A stretch of DNA of 64,000 nt, taken from the IMG/VR virus record IMGVR_UViG_3300028610_001991. One strand, 5' to 3'. Below are positions 38,195 through 52,305 of the stretch, piece after piece. The position numbers and the translations under genes are program-made. The notes below the pieces were generated by a model. That model was not told where the DNA came from and searched no databases. It saw nothing but the letters and a program-made list of their open reading frames with translations. Source of the DNA: a virus. The stretch's first letter is position 1; every line of letters starts with the position of its first letter.

Positions 38195-38314
38195 TTAAAA
38201 TAGATGTATGTCAGATTGATCAAGTAATTTAAGTACCATTGCACTGGAATCTTTACCTCCGGAGAAAGAAACGAGTATCTTATCATAGTCATTAAGATCG
38301 TTAAAAAGCTGCAT
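38195..38314 (-). pseudogene. 39-aa N-terminal stub of a PAPS-reductase-family (PP-loop) gene
   Basis: AGGAGAAGTTATG; MQLFNDLNDYDKILVSFSGGKDSSAMVLKLLDQSDIHLF*; truncated where the HNH leader begins. Confidence 0.75.
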
Positions 38315-38328
38315 AACTTCTCCTATAC

Positions 38329-40170
38329 TTACTTTCTCTGCTTTTCTTTTATTTTATAAGGTTCACGGCGTTTTTCTATAAATATATCATGTTTCTTTTT
38401 ATAATAAGTATTATAAACTTTTAAATAATTTGAGTATAGCTTTGCACTGCAAGTATCAATATGCCGTCTCAAGTTTCGTATTTCCCCAATTGCTTCTAAT
38501 ATACCTGGTTGTGCTCTCATTGCTTCAACGATTAACTCTTCGCTACGTATGTCATAATACTTATCAAGTAGTGCTTTACCCTGCTTAGCATCCGGATTAA
38601 GGATTACTTCTGCAACCATCCCTTCTAGTTCTACTATTTGTTTACGATCGTAGTATATCTCCTTCTGCATGTTACTAGTTCGTTTAGTTAATACTGATAT
38701 TTCTTTTTTCTGATGAAGGTAAATATAACCAATAGAGATGTACAACCCAGTCAGATAAATAAAACTTATGATAGTTATTTTCTTAATCATTTCTTATATT
38801 CCTTTTACAAAAATCATAATAGTAATCAGCCTCTTCACTACACCCTTGTACACCACATATCTGCTCTATAGCTGTTTCACTTATTCTGTGTTCATCAACA
38901 AGATGTGCGTGGTTAGAACATAGTTGAGTCCAGTACCTAAAAGCGGTACCTTTTTCTTCTACCCAGTCATCAAGTATAAGGTCAATTTCTTTACCTTTAA
39001 TTTGTAATAACACTCAAAGCCTCCTTAAACTCTATTAGCTCATTTTTAATTAAAGGGTTGCAGTTATTACATATTTCAACGTGATACTCCTTGCCTACTT
39101 TAATCTCAAATGCCTCATTTTTTTGTGGGTATAGCCATGTAATAACACGACCACACCGGTTACATAGCACAGGTGCGGATACTCTACTGAGTATCTTATG
39201 CTCGCATTTCCCGCAATGATGCAAAGACCATATTGCATCAGGATCTATTTTATTTAATTCTATACGTACACCGATACGATCTACAAGAAATACTAGTTTA
39301 GGCATAGCAACGCGACTAATTATCCTTGCACATTTTTCACAACGTAGGGTTATCTGAGCAAGATGTATAAACATAACGCTTATATAGGGTATTTTAGGCT
39401 GATGCTTTTCTTCTGCTATAAGAAAATATTTATCTCTCTTATAACGAATATATCCGATTACTTTATTGTTATACTTCTGTTTTAAATACGCAGGTAGGTA
39501 TGTAATCATCCCTTTTCCTCCATGCTTGTTTAACTAAACCTTCAAATGTCCAACCTAATTCAAGATGTACTTTAATATCATATTCTTTGAAGTTATCTTT
39601 ACCCGTATTATTCCTCGAATGAAAACTGATCTATCGGATAAGGTATATCACCTCCTATAGGGAATCCCCAGGCATCAATGAATTTAGGAAATTTATTATT
39701 AGTTTCGTGATACACTTTTAATGCACCTGCTAGACTGTCATCTTTATAAATACTCATTGTTCCTTCTTCACCTTTGTCAACAGCCACTTCAAACCAGATA
39801 CCTTTCTTAAGACTAACTGGTTGATTATTACATGTTAGATTAGGTGTTATTTTTATCTGCATAGTTACCCCTCAGTAAATATAGCTTTCTCGATACCATG
39901 ATGTATAAATACAACTTTTTACTGTGCTAATTCCTTTTTGTTTATGCTTTTAAAAAGTTATTGGTAGCTTTTTGCTTAGTATTTCAAATGAGAAAAATGG
40001 GTTAGGACATTATACATCCTCAATGTTTCTTCTATTTTTTGTTCAAGCATATCAAGCTCAGCAAGTAAATCATAAAAATGTATCACTTTATCCATTATTT
40101 TTATCTCCTCAGAGTTTTTTTTAAAGTCTTCATTATTTCTTTGTCGGTGAATTACAGTCAAGATAATCAT
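38329..40170 (-). other. five hypothetical ORFs (38329-38790 TM, 38783-39013, 38997-39509 Cys-rich, 39608-39862, 39976-40170)
   Basis: Packed minus-strand ORFs with RBSs. Confidence 0.5.
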
Positions 40171-40174
40171 CCAC

Positions 40175-40852
40175 TCATCTAATTACTTCCTTAATAAAGC
40201 GTATTTTATTAGGGGAATAACACTTCCTACAATTGATACAGCCGCCCTCCTTAACACCTTTACAGTTAATTTTTATACGTTTATGGCCTGCAAGAAAATC
40301 TTTGGTATACACAGAAAAGATTTTGTCAAATTGTTTAGGTACAACGGGCATAGGATCGTTAATTGTGGGATTAGAGTAGATATAGATTATATTTTTAGGC
40401 TTAAACTTTAAGTGCTGTGCTGTAACAATATCTAAGCGTTTTGTCCAAAAACCGAATATTGTTTTTGGATTTTTACGAGCAATATTTAGATAGTTTTTCA
40501 TATGAGTTAGGTTTAACAATTCTCCATGAGCACTAAACCGGAGTATAGGCTTACAAATTACAGGTAATATATTTTCCGGAAGAACATTAGATGATAATAA
40601 TTTAGAATTATATTCAAATGCTAATACGCAACTAGCTCTTAGTCCTTTTAACATTTTTCGGGAATAACAATAAGCACAGATAGTATTTGTTTGAGAGCGG
40701 TTACAACAAAATGGATTTGTAAGCGAGTTAGTATTTATTGACCACATATTTCTCATCTTACCACTCATATCTTGTGTTACCCATACCCAGCTATTCTTTT
40801 TTGCGTATACTAGTGCATGTGCTATTTTATTAGGTATTAAAACTTGTTGCAT
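40175..40852 (-). CDS. Gp88-like Cys-rich phage protein
   Basis: CAYCYSRK, LRFSAHGEL, FGFWTKR, CINCRKCY. Confidence 0.55.
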   Translation of the reverse strand: MQQVLIPNKIAHALVYAKKNSWVWVTQDMSGKMRNMWSINTNSLTNPFCCNRSQTNTICAYCYSRKMLKGLRASCVLAFEYNSKLLSSNVLPENILPVICKPILRFSAHGELLNLTHMKNYLNIARKNPKTIFGFWTKRLDIVTAQHLKFKPKNIIYIYSNPTINDPMPVVPKQFDKIFSVYTKDFLAGHKRIKINCKGVKEGGCINCRKCYSPNKIRFIKEVIR

Positions 40853-41586
40853 ACGGTCTCCTTAGTTTGAGTTTAATTTTTGTGAGTCAACTTCTTTTGC
40901 AGACTGACAATAAGCCGTAGGTTTTACTGTGAAAAAGTTAGCTGTAGAGCCTACTTCCTGTACTGGATTTCAATGCTTCCTTAGCTGCCTCTACCTCATT
41001 TTCAGCGTCAACATCTATCTCCCAAAATACTCTATATTCCATTATATTTACTCCTCGAAATCAAATATTTCTATCTCAGCTTCTTTATTATCATAAAGAT
41101 AATCTCCGAGAGAGATAAATAGCTCTCCGTCTGTAAGTTTTTTAGCTAATTTTTCTTCGTCTATTTTACTTACATCAATCTTCTCACTCTTTATATTTGT
41201 GGCTATGGTTATTTTTGCACCGCGAACCCAACCTTGAAAACAAAAATCCACTAATACACCTCCTGCATGTAATGATTATGATCATATTCTTCATCAAGAA
41301 AATTAATTACTTCGTCATATTCTTCTTCAGTAAGTTCTTTCACATTTTCGTCATCATCGTTCAAGCTATGTCCGCCTCCACCATTATCACTAGTTGCTTC
41401 ATATTCATAAGTGAAAGGAATAGATAATTCTCTACACAAGACTGTACCAGAAGCTTCAATGAGAATATAGTTATTATGTTCATTCACATGATCAATATGC
41501 TCAACAAATGCATCAAGACCAACATCATCTACTTCAAAATCAACATCATCTACTTCTATTTTTGTTATATTCATAGTTTACCTCAC

Positions 41587-41630
41587 ACAAAAATAAGGAG
41601 CTGCGGAAGGAGCAAGACCACAGCCCCTAT
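41587..41630 (-). terminator. intrinsic terminator
   Basis: Minus strand GGGGCTGTGG...CCGCAGCTCC then TTATTTTT, after 41635-41994. Confidence 0.55.
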
Positions 41631-42027
41631 AAAACTAAGCTACTTTCCCTAGTAATTTAATTACTTCTTTAGCGTTAGGACTATTTTTCTGTACAGCATC
41701 TTCTATCGCTTTCCAGATAGGATCAATACTAACAGTTACATAGGAATATGCGTTTACCGGCACCCTTTTAAATGTAATATTAAACAGAGAGGTTAGGGCT
41801 TTATGGATTTCCGGTATACCCTTAGTAAACCCATTAGCAACAACAATCTTTTTTGTGCTGTCATAAATCTTTTTTGCTGCATTCTCTTTTGCCAGTTCAG
41901 CTTGTAATGTCTCATTGGCTTTTAGGTTAGCCTTCACCTCATCGTTAGCTTGTTTGCTTTTAAGATAAAGTAGTACCTCGTTCCATGTTAACATATGTTC
42001 TCCTTTTATAAAGTTTGTAAAACTCTT

Positions 42028-42061
42028 TGTACTAAAGCTGACTTTCGCCAGCAAAGTCTCA
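42028..42061 (-). promoter_or_regulatory. conserved 33-34 bp motif, copy 1 (putative phage promoter)
   Basis: TGAGACTTTGCTGGCGAAAGTCAGCTTTAGTACA, upstream of RBS and ATG 41994. Confidence 0.65.
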
Positions 42062-45000
42062 GTAGCGAAAGATAATTCGTTTTTTTATCTTTTTTTACCT
42101 TTGAAAGAAAGAGTAAATTCTGCTATTTTGTATTCAAAATTACTTGTTACATGTTTAATACTTTTGCCGGTAAGTAGTTTTTTAAACTCTTCTTCAGAAA
42201 GTATAAAGTTTGTTTCTTCTTTATCAGGGATATAACCTATGGTCATTTTATGTATGATCCTCATTACAAAATTCCTCACTGACCTCTTGATTAACATTCC
42301 ATGAACTATCAACATATTCTTTATCATACACACTTGAAGTATTAACGGTGTTCAGCTTTTTCTAATGCGCTTTTAAGATTATTAGCTGATACTGTTATTG
42401 TACCGACAATTGTATATTCTACAGCTATTCGGTATATTTTCATCAATACACCTCACTGAATTGTGTATTAGGATCATCTAGTTCAACTTTAAGTTTATAA
42501 TAATATTCAACATCTTCTTTTGTAGGATCACAGTCTTTTTGTATATCATTATCCAGTACATCTACATCCAGATCAGAGTTTGTTGAGTATACATTCTGAA
42601 CAAGACCACCTTTAATAACTATAATTACCCTATCTTTCATTGTTCCTCCTTATTGTCTTTCCAAGTAACATCAGTATCGTAGTCTTTAAATATACCACCG
42701 TCAGTAGGCACACATTCATTAACATTGAATGCAACTGCGTAACCTAAGCCGTCATCTGCGTATGAAGCTTTTCCATGTGTACCTCCAAAATGGTCAGTTA
42801 TAAGTTCAGCTAAACTAAAAAGAAAATGTAGGTATGAGTCTTGATCATCAATAATCTCCCGATCATGAGTTGCTTTGTGAATAATATCTCCCATTTCTTT
42901 GTCAGTGATTATTTTGCTCATTTCTTTTCCTTTGGAATAATTGTTATTTCATCCTCTGTTGCAGTTATTTCCATATCGTCTTCTTCTTGAATAATCTCAC
43001 CGGAAGTATAACCCTTTACAATTAAATCGGCAATATGTTCTTTAGAAATATCTGTGAGTTCATCTATATCTGTTATAGCTAAGCTCCACCAACCTGTTTT
43101 CATTTTTCTACATTTCCCCATTTAATACTCCTGTTTCAAAAGATGTTTCCAATGGAAATAAATCTGGTAAATCACATTCACATACTTTATCAAATATAAC
43201 TGTAGCACCCCTCACTACAAAATCTTCCACTGGTGATTTAAAATCTTCTGTAAAAATTATATCTTGTTGATAGATAAGACTGCGTACTGCACAATGAATA
43301 ATTCTTATTTTCATCAGTCCTCCAGTGTATGCTCTAAATATGTTATCATATCAAATTCTGGATTAATACCGTATTGTTTACCCAGCTCTCCTTCCACATC
43401 CAATTCGTCTTTAGCTTTTATTTTTTGTATACCTTTAACAACTCTTTTTGCACTTTTCTCTTTCTTATAAACTCCTGCAATATCACCATAAGTGTCAGGA
43501 TAACCTTCAATTACAGTTATAACAATATAAACTTTCATCATTCCTCCTGTGTGTCCGGTACTTCAAACACTCTTGTTCGAGTAACTAATTCAGTTATCAG
43601 TTCTTCTTTTGTATCAAATTCAGCACACCCTTCTATCTGTACAATAGTCCAATTACGGCCAAGAACAGGATAACAGTCTTCATTGTTTTCTCTTTGAAGA
43701 TCATCAGTATTACTAGTCCTATATCTTTCTAATATGTTCTTTAATTTACTTGCAAGCGCACTTTTAGTATTAAATACTATTTCAGAACACTCACTCCATA
43801 GTAACTCTTGATACTCATTTTCACCGTCCTGCGTTTTTACAGTAATTAATAAATATTTCTTAGCCATTATACCTCCATAAAATAAGTTGCTTCATTAAGC
43901 TCATTTACTAATTCAGTTATTTATCCTCAAATGTAAATTGGTCACTTTGTAAGATTTTAAGATCACTCTCAACCGCATCCTCTTCGTTTATTTCCTCCGT
44001 AGTTTCTTCCAGAGTTATAAATGTATTTTTTAAAGAGCTGTGGTTTTCTGAAAATATATCCCGTGCAATACCTTCACTGTTTTCGTTGATCAGTGTTTCG
44101 TCTAATAGTTCATTACCATCACAAGCATAGAGGTATGCTTTCCATGCTTTTACCAGTACCTTAGACATTACCTGCCCCCATGGAAGACATAACTATAATA
44201 GCTGCTTCTTTACGTGAAATTCCGCGTTTCTCATTTTCCTGTTCACATACCTCACAAGCTTTCTTGTATGTATCTCCCCAGTACCAAGGCTCTGCACAAG
44301 AACCATTACCCTTCATAATTTCTTACATTTGAATTTTAATTCTTTCATACTCTCAGCTCCTTTTAATTAAAACAGTTAAACCTTAGTGCTTTCTTCTTAA
44401 TACCTTCACCAATATTTGTATACTCTTTATCCATTATCTGTTCAGAGTTAAGCTCCTGTTCAGAGTCGTCAACATGATTGCGGATATAGAATATCTCACC
44501 ACCATAATTAATTGTCTTACTGCTTCTTAGCCCGCCGTTAAGCATTAGTCCAAACTCAACACCATTTTCATACCCATAGTCTCCGGCTTTATTACATATC
44601 TCTTTTAGCTGATCCAGTGAATTAACAGTAATCTGTCTTTTGAAATATTCTGTCATCTGGGCATCAGATAGTTTTGTCCAGTACCCAGGGCTAATTATAG
44701 GAAATAGTGCTTTCAGTCTGAGTATAATTTCTCGTCTACTGTACTTACTTAATTTTTTCATACTTTGCTCCTTTACTGCACTATATTAAGAACATGCTGC
44801 CTAAGCTTGCCTGGTATAGCATGCCCGCTGTTTCTACTACATTTAACAGTATCATAACCGTCTGATTCATTAGCTAGTTCTGCTGCCACACCGTGTTTAC
44901 TGATACGGTTTATTATAAATCCGTCATCTACTCTTTTATGTTCAAGTTCTGCTTTACAAACAGGACATTCATACTTCATACTCACCCCCTCAAAACATAT

Positions 45001-48000
45001 CATTTTCTAATAAACCTTTGTCTATAAACTCAGTAATATCTTTATTGCATTTCGGACATTTAAAGATACCGTAACTATCTCCAGTTAAACCTTTAATACT
45101 GATTTTGTGTTTACAGTGAGGACAGTCCATAAAGGGACGACTTTCAAGACCTAAGTTTGCATTAATAATACTGGTAATAGTAAATTCTTCTGTCCACTCT
45201 TTATGGCACTCATTACATATAACATTACGCCAAGCATTAATATAACTAAAACCGGTATCACTGCCAGTGGTATTTTTGCTTCCACAGTAAAGACAGGTAT
45301 TTGGCATTTTCAAATATTCTTCTATATCAATATCCATACCGGCCTCCCTTTTTCTAATTTTTATACATTAAATCTTCCGCTACTGATAAATCAAACTTAC
45401 CCTCAAACCAGTGCCATATTTCTTCCCTGTGTGTACCAACACCAAAATGTAAAAATCTCTGTTCTATCTCCTCGTCTTCATTTATTGGTATATCACCTAA
45501 TCTTAACCATAGCTTTTTTGCTTTCGTATGCATCATTTGCTGTCTGTTATATCCCAGTCTTTTATTTCAGTATCTTCGATTTCAGCATTATCAGTATTAC
45601 TGATGAAGTCGTAATCCATTTCCTCAAGCACTTCGTTAATATCGATACCTTTGTTTGCTCTGATTATTAATCGTACCTTTACATCAACATATACTTTTCT
45701 CATATTTATCTCCTACATTGATTAAATTATTCGCAACTTCCACAATGCTGCCAATCACAGTGATAACAGTTATTCCCGCAATAACCCATACGCTCTCCGT
45801 CTAATTCATATCCACAATCAGGACATATGGATACATTACACTTTAAACAAAAAATAGAACAACGGTCTGCTTCATACTTAGTTCCACATCCTTTACATAT
45901 AATGGTTTCTTCATCCATCTTATTTGTTCCTCAATACTGCTTCTAATATTTCAACAGCTTCTATGGAACCCCATTCTTTCAGTTCATTAATTGCATATTT
46001 AATACCGTCTTTCAGTTTATCAACTTTATTATCCCAGACAATTTCCGGATGTTCAACATACCCGTCAGTATGTATCCTGAAACTACCACCACCAAATTGG
46101 CCAGGATGCATTTTGTCACAAGTAAAAGCATTTCCAAATATAAGATAAGGAAGTTTATTTTTCTGTATAAGTTTACCCAATGCTGTTAAAAAGGGTTCAG
46201 GCAAATTGTTTTCATCTCCGCAGCCCCCCGCATACATGTAAAAACTTTTGTGTTTTTTATAATATTCAAATGTAAATCCGTGAATATTACATTCATCTTC
46301 AGATTGCTCTGCTAGCCTTATCAGTATATCCGCTTCCTCTTTAGTTGCTTTTAATGCCTGTGCTGGCGTACATTGCACATAGTTATTAGCCATCAGTCCT
46401 CCCCATTTACATGGTCAAGAAATTCTCTGTGTGTTGAGTACCTTTCAAATATCTGTTCAAGTATATCAGCTTTCAATATCCAGTGTCCTTGTTCTACCTT
46501 TTCCCCGTGCTTAATTATTTCAACACTTTGATCATGGAATAAATCTAATACAGCCCGCTGTTCCTTTTTAGTTAGCTTATATACTCTCATAAGACTTGTT
46601 CCTCAAAATCAAATATTTCAATTTCTTCATCGCTGCTGCTGTATAGACAATCACTAGTCATGTTTTTCCTCTACAACATGACCACATTCACCACAGCAGT
46701 AACAAGAGCTATAGTCTTTTCCAATGCTCAACTTAGCATAACACTTACCATCCCAAGCCCTAGGCTCAACATAGCGGGTATATATTTTATCAACTTTATC
46801 TGGATATTTTTTGCATTTTGGACAGTATAAGTATTTCACTATTCACCTCTCGTTACTAATTGCTTTTTGTCAACACCGGCAGCAGCCAGCATTTTCTGCA
46901 TAAAGGCTACTTGTTTATAACTGTCAATTTCTTCTGTACCTTCTGGAACAAGACCGAAATACTCACCTTGAAAACCGGCCATAACTTCACCTGGCGAGTC
47001 TTTATAATCATCAAAGTCATCACTCTTAACTGCTCTGCAAAATAATTCAGGCCTGAACCAGTATTTAACGGGTAGCTTTTGTATATTACCGACACTGATT
47101 TGAACATACCCAAGATTATGAAAACCACTTGTATCTCTCCATTTCCAGTTTTCCCGTACAATGTTCATTACAATTCGTGCTTTATTGATAAACTGTTTTG
47201 TATATTCTGCAGCATAACCGGCATATGTTTTCTCAAAACCAAATACACGGCGTGTATCATCATCAACATCTTTCAATATTTCCCGATTTATCTCGTTCAT
47301 TAATTTTGTCTTTGAGTTTATAAACGAAATAAATGTCCAGTGTCTTATACGTTCTTCCAAATCTTTAATATCCGGTAACACTCTACCTTCACGAATATAC
47401 ACTTGTGGACAAAGCAAAAACTCACCTTCATCACGCAAGGTTATTTTTGTATTCGGTAACTCTTTAGATATTTGAATGAGTGTTAAATATACCATCATAG
47501 CATTTAGTTCATTACCGCCGACTTTGGTAGACCCACTTGTTTTACTCCGGTCATCATCTTTGAGATAAACTAACTTTTCCGATGCAAGCTGTTTCACAAT
47601 GTCAATATGATTTTTACCTTCACTCCCAAGCTCATTGTATCTCTTTTCAATATGTTCCTCGCTTTCAGCTTTTCCTTCACCTTCTATATTCCAGCTTTTT
47701 TCTTTCCAGTAAGGATAATAGCCGTACACATCAAGGTCGAAATTTTCGCAAGTCCATAGCTTACCAACCTCTCCCGTGTTTAATCTTTGTGAATTATCAA
47801 ATATGTAAAGTGCTTCTCTATCAGTAAAACTCTTTCCGTTCAACTTCTCAATATCATAGTGTAATGTTCTTCCCATCCTTTACCCCCTAATTTAAAATAC
47901 TTGATTCTTTTGCAATTATTCTAAGTTTATTACCAGTTAATTTCTTCCGTAACCATTTATGATATTTTTTTATCATCAGTAGTATTAATACCGAACTGCT

Positions 48001-48678
48001 CAGGTATTGAAGTACCTTCCATATAAACTGCTACATACAATCCTATTTCATATAGTTGAGTAATAACTTTGATTCTCTTCTTTTTATCTACGTAAGTCGT
48101 TACCATACTTGCTCCTGTTAATCTTTTTATTTAAGTCTGCCTCGTCAATTAATACTTCTTGCAAATCATCATCAAGCCACATCAAACAACCTTCTTTTTG
48201 ACATAGAGGACAGTCCTCCCTACCTATATCAACAAATAATTCTGTATCACAATTATTGCATCTTACATAATCAGCCCAATTTTCACCCATTTTTATGCTC
48301 AGCTAAGTAATCATCCACTTTTCGTAGGTGATAAAATACATGGTTTTTATCTGGTAGATTTTCAATATTCTCATATTGCGGGTCATCAGTATCAATACCA
48401 GTTATTTCTTCATAATGCGCACATTCTTCTGAATAAGAATAACTGATAATCTCGATTATAGATTTTATAATATCATTTGGTATTTCCATCATTATCCTCC
48501 GTGTAATAACCCTTATCATCAGTATTAACGAGTTGACCCTCAAAGTATGTGTTATTTTCATAAAACCCAATAACTTGAAATTTACCGTTTTCATCAAGTA
48601 TAAGAAGTGCTCCGATAGAGAATATCTTGTCACCAGCTTTTAAGTAATGTTTTTTACTTGTCATACTTTTGCTCCTTC

Positions 48679-48711
48679 TGTACTAAAGCTGACTTCCGCC
48701 AGTTTGTCTCA
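48679..48711 (-). promoter_or_regulatory. conserved motif, copy 2
   Basis: TGAGACAAACTGGCGGAAGTCAGCTTTAGTACA, directly followed by GAAGGAGC and ATG 48664. Confidence 0.65.
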
Positions 48712-49847
48712 AGCCAGCAGAAATTGCTTACCGGTTTTCTTACTGTAACCGAATAAACAACCGTTACCATTGCCTTCTTCATCACAACTGGCATATATAA
48801 CTACGCCATTATCAAACTCAATAGCTGTTGTCGGATTATATGTATCGTTTTCCCAACCTTCATTTGCTAATTCTTTATCGGTCATTGGCCGTACCTTTAT
48901 ATGTTCTGGCTATTATATTTTCCACTATACTAACTCCTTTAAATCGGGTATTGTAACTTGGTCAGGGTTTTCCTTTGTTCCTACAAATACTGAATACCCT
49001 ATATCGTCAAGTTTATAACCAATCCCTAATAGAAAATCAACTGCTTCTCTTTTTGATTTAAACTTTCTTATATTACCGTTTTCACTGTCAAGAAGAAATT
49101 CTTTAGAGTTTAATGTGATGTTCTCAATGTGTTTGCTTATAACAATATTAAGCACTTATTGCCTCCCTTATTTCAAGAGGAGCATTACCTTTTATCTGTG
49201 CTTTGAGCTTTTTATTATGTTCCTCTAACTTATTTTTTATCTCACAGTTAATCTCACCTTTAGCTGAAGGAAGTAAATCGCTCTTTTCAAAATCATATCC
49301 GTAGTATCCCCAGCAACCACCTTTCTCATTACCTTCCGGATCTTCAATCATATACCCATATACATCGCCTGCACAGTACTGGTCATAGGTTTCTACTTCA
49401 GCAGTTAATACCTGTTTAGCTTTCTCAAGCATAACTTTTGATACTCTTTTGGAGCTACATTTACCGTCTTTATAACTGCCACAACATTCCAGTATTTTCT
49501 TTCTGGTAGTATAGGTAAACCCTATCTGCCCACTGTCAAAATGTGCGTGCCCCTGTGGTAGTCCGCACCCATAAAAATTACCGATTTTAATATGAATACC
49601 GGAATGGTCATACATATAAAGCGGAGAAATCAAGACAGCTCCTTCCTCAACAAGATACTTATACAATTCTTCCCAACTGTCAAACATATCAGATGTGAGC
49701 TTTGTTTTATCTCCCAGTGTGTGTCTCCCATGAAAGCAAACCATAACCCCAAGATTATCCCATTCTCGTGGACTTTCATTAATAGTGTCATCAGGATAAA
49801 TGTTAATCTTATAACCTTTGTGTTCAATTGTTTTTATACTATCCATA

Positions 49848-50555
49848 TTATGCTCCTTTGTTTTTGTTATACCATTTAATAAACTCAACCACTGCTTTGT
49901 AAACTGCTTTTTGTGTACTTTCACCATGTTCCATTACAATAGTTTTATTTGAGCGCAATTTAAGTATATCGCAATGACATTTGGTTATTCTAACCATATA
50001 ATCACGCATATCTTGTATCTTCTCTGCTACAGGCATTAACCAACCCCATGAAGTATCATAATCATCATGCCTAAAATCCGTGTATTCCACACCCATAAAC
50101 TCTGCTATAAGTTTATTATCTTTGTTCATATTAGCTACTGTTTGTTTATACCACTTAATAAACGTAACTACGGTTTCAAAAGTAGCTTGTAGCTTATTTG
50201 TACTTTGACACCATATCCACTTTTTTAATATGACTTCTTTTGTTCCACCATCATCTAAGTCCTCATCATAAAAAGTATCTACTCCACATCCATTTTTTCT
50301 TATATTTACAACAAAAGAAGTATACTCATTTATTTTTAATGTTTCTATCTTCTCAACTACCGGCATTAACCAATCCCATGAAGAGTGGTAGCTTGTTGAT
50401 TTACAAAAATCTTGTATAACCTTTTCAGGAGTAGAGCCTGTAACTGATAACCAGGGCTGTTTTGACAGGCTATAACAATCGGGATTTACTAATGTGGGTT
50501 TCAAACCCATAAACTCTACTATTAATTTGTATTCAGCTGTATTCATACTATCCAC
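49848..50555 (-). CDS. protein made of two tandem copies of a phage domain
   Basis: KLIVEFMG...SWDWLMPVVEKI...VVTFIKWY repeated as KLIAEFMG...SWGWLMPVAEKI...VVEFIKWY. Confidence 0.7.
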   Translation of the reverse strand: MDSMNTAEYKLIVEFMGLKPTLVNPDCYSLSKQPWLSVTGSTPEKVIQDFCKSTSYHSSWDWLMPVVEKIETLKINEYTSFVVNIRKNGCGVDTFYDEDLDDGGTKEVILKKWIWCQSTNKLQATFETVVTFIKWYKQTVANMNKDNKLIAEFMGVEYTDFRHDDYDTSWGWLMPVAEKIQDMRDYMVRITKCHCDILKLRSNKTIVMEHGESTQKAVYKAVVEFIKWYNKNKGA

Positions 50556-52305
50556 TTACAGCCTCCTTTAGTTTTATATACTCATTGGCATATATACTCT
50601 CTATTACTTTGTCGTAAAAATAGTCTTCATCAAGATATTCTGTATCGCAGTAGAATTGTAAAATAGCGCCCAAGTGATGAGTACCTAAATTACTATAATT
50701 CTCTGTTTTATTTTTCCAATCTAAAGGTGAGTTAGAATAACCAGGTATAAACCCGTCACAACCAGTATAGTGTGACACAAGATAGTTCAACCACTCATCT
50801 TTGTGTTTTTTCAGATAATTAATAATCCATTTCTGTAGAGAAGTTTTACTGTGTACGTGTATCTCAATATCTATTGCGTCATTTCTGAAATTATATTCTT
50901 TCGGAGAAATAACCTGCTGCATAACAATCTTTTTAATTGCAGGTATCCCTTCACTTAGAGTAGCTGATAAAATATCAACAAACCTTGTGCACACATCTTT
51001 TTCGTATGCTCTATAGTCTATATCCAGGTCATCATAAGTATATTCTTTTCCTTTTGGCGCATTTTCATTTAAGTATTGAAGTTCATCTTCATCACCATTA
51101 AATTCCCAGATAGTATTATAAAATCCACTGAATACCGGAGCCCATGTTTCTATTTTATTCATTTCTTAGTCCCTCCCTTTTAATCGTTTTATATTAAATC
51201 GTTTATACTCCTCAACAGAGTATTTATCTTTAGCTTTTCGTATTGCACCTTTCCGAGTATATGCTTTTATGAACTGACAGGAACAGCTGTCACCATAAAA
51301 GAAAGTCCATTCACGTCTATATACCCAGAGAGGCAGTACACGAAATAATCCCTGACCGTTAATAAAATGTTCATGTGTATAATCATAATTACAGTACACG
51401 TATAACCAGCCTTGCTCAATAGTAATTCTACCTCTGTGCAGTTTTAATTGGTCGATTAATATATAATGCAGAGCAATAACACACAGTAGTATAGTGATAA
51501 TCATTTGTTCACTCGCTTCTCAAATTGTTCTTGATTTTCAACATACCAAATACCTTTTAATCTTTTACAGATTTTACCAACATCTTGTTTTAATACACGC
51601 CCTAATGGTTCAAATAGGTATTCAGTATGTGTATGCCGACAATGCTCACATTCAACTTTTATTGGAAAATTATCCCTACGCCCAACATCTTGTTGTTTAA
51701 TTATATATCGATTCATTTACATATCCTCATTATATCAACAAACATTATACCAACAAGCATTATATCACCGTTCCATTTTATATTATCTGGATTATCCTCG
51801 TAATATATTCTGCCCCACTGCTCCTGTATGTAATTATAATCACCTTGAAAGATAATTCCATTCTTATCGATTATTGCATATTGGCCTTTCATACAATTTG
51901 CTCCTTGTTGTGTAATACCGAACATTCCTTTTTAGAAGGAATACCTTTCTTTTTACCCTCCAGAATATCGCATATCAGCCTATATGTATCTGTTGTTTGC
52001 TGATAATAGGTTTTTTCATCATCCCTACAGTTACCATCATGGATTTCCCGTGCATTCCAGTCTCTTTCATCAAGTATCTTCTGCTTTAATGAAACACAAC
52101 TATAATACCCTATAAATCCTTGTCTGCTGTAATGAGCAATAAACCCAGATTTAATATGCAGCCAGTCATAAGCTACCTCTGTTAATAGCTCAATATCAGT
52201 ACAGGCCAATACAATACTTCGTACAATCTTATTAATAATAAATTGTGGTTCTGGTTCTAACATTATCCTCCCGATCAGTCTTTAAAATTTTATAGCATAT
52301 CATAC

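Noticed and set aside
37551-38314. HNH inside a group I intron
   Set aside because: Only about 45 nt upstream and none downstream for an intron core; the downstream ORF is not the continuation of the PP-loop gene
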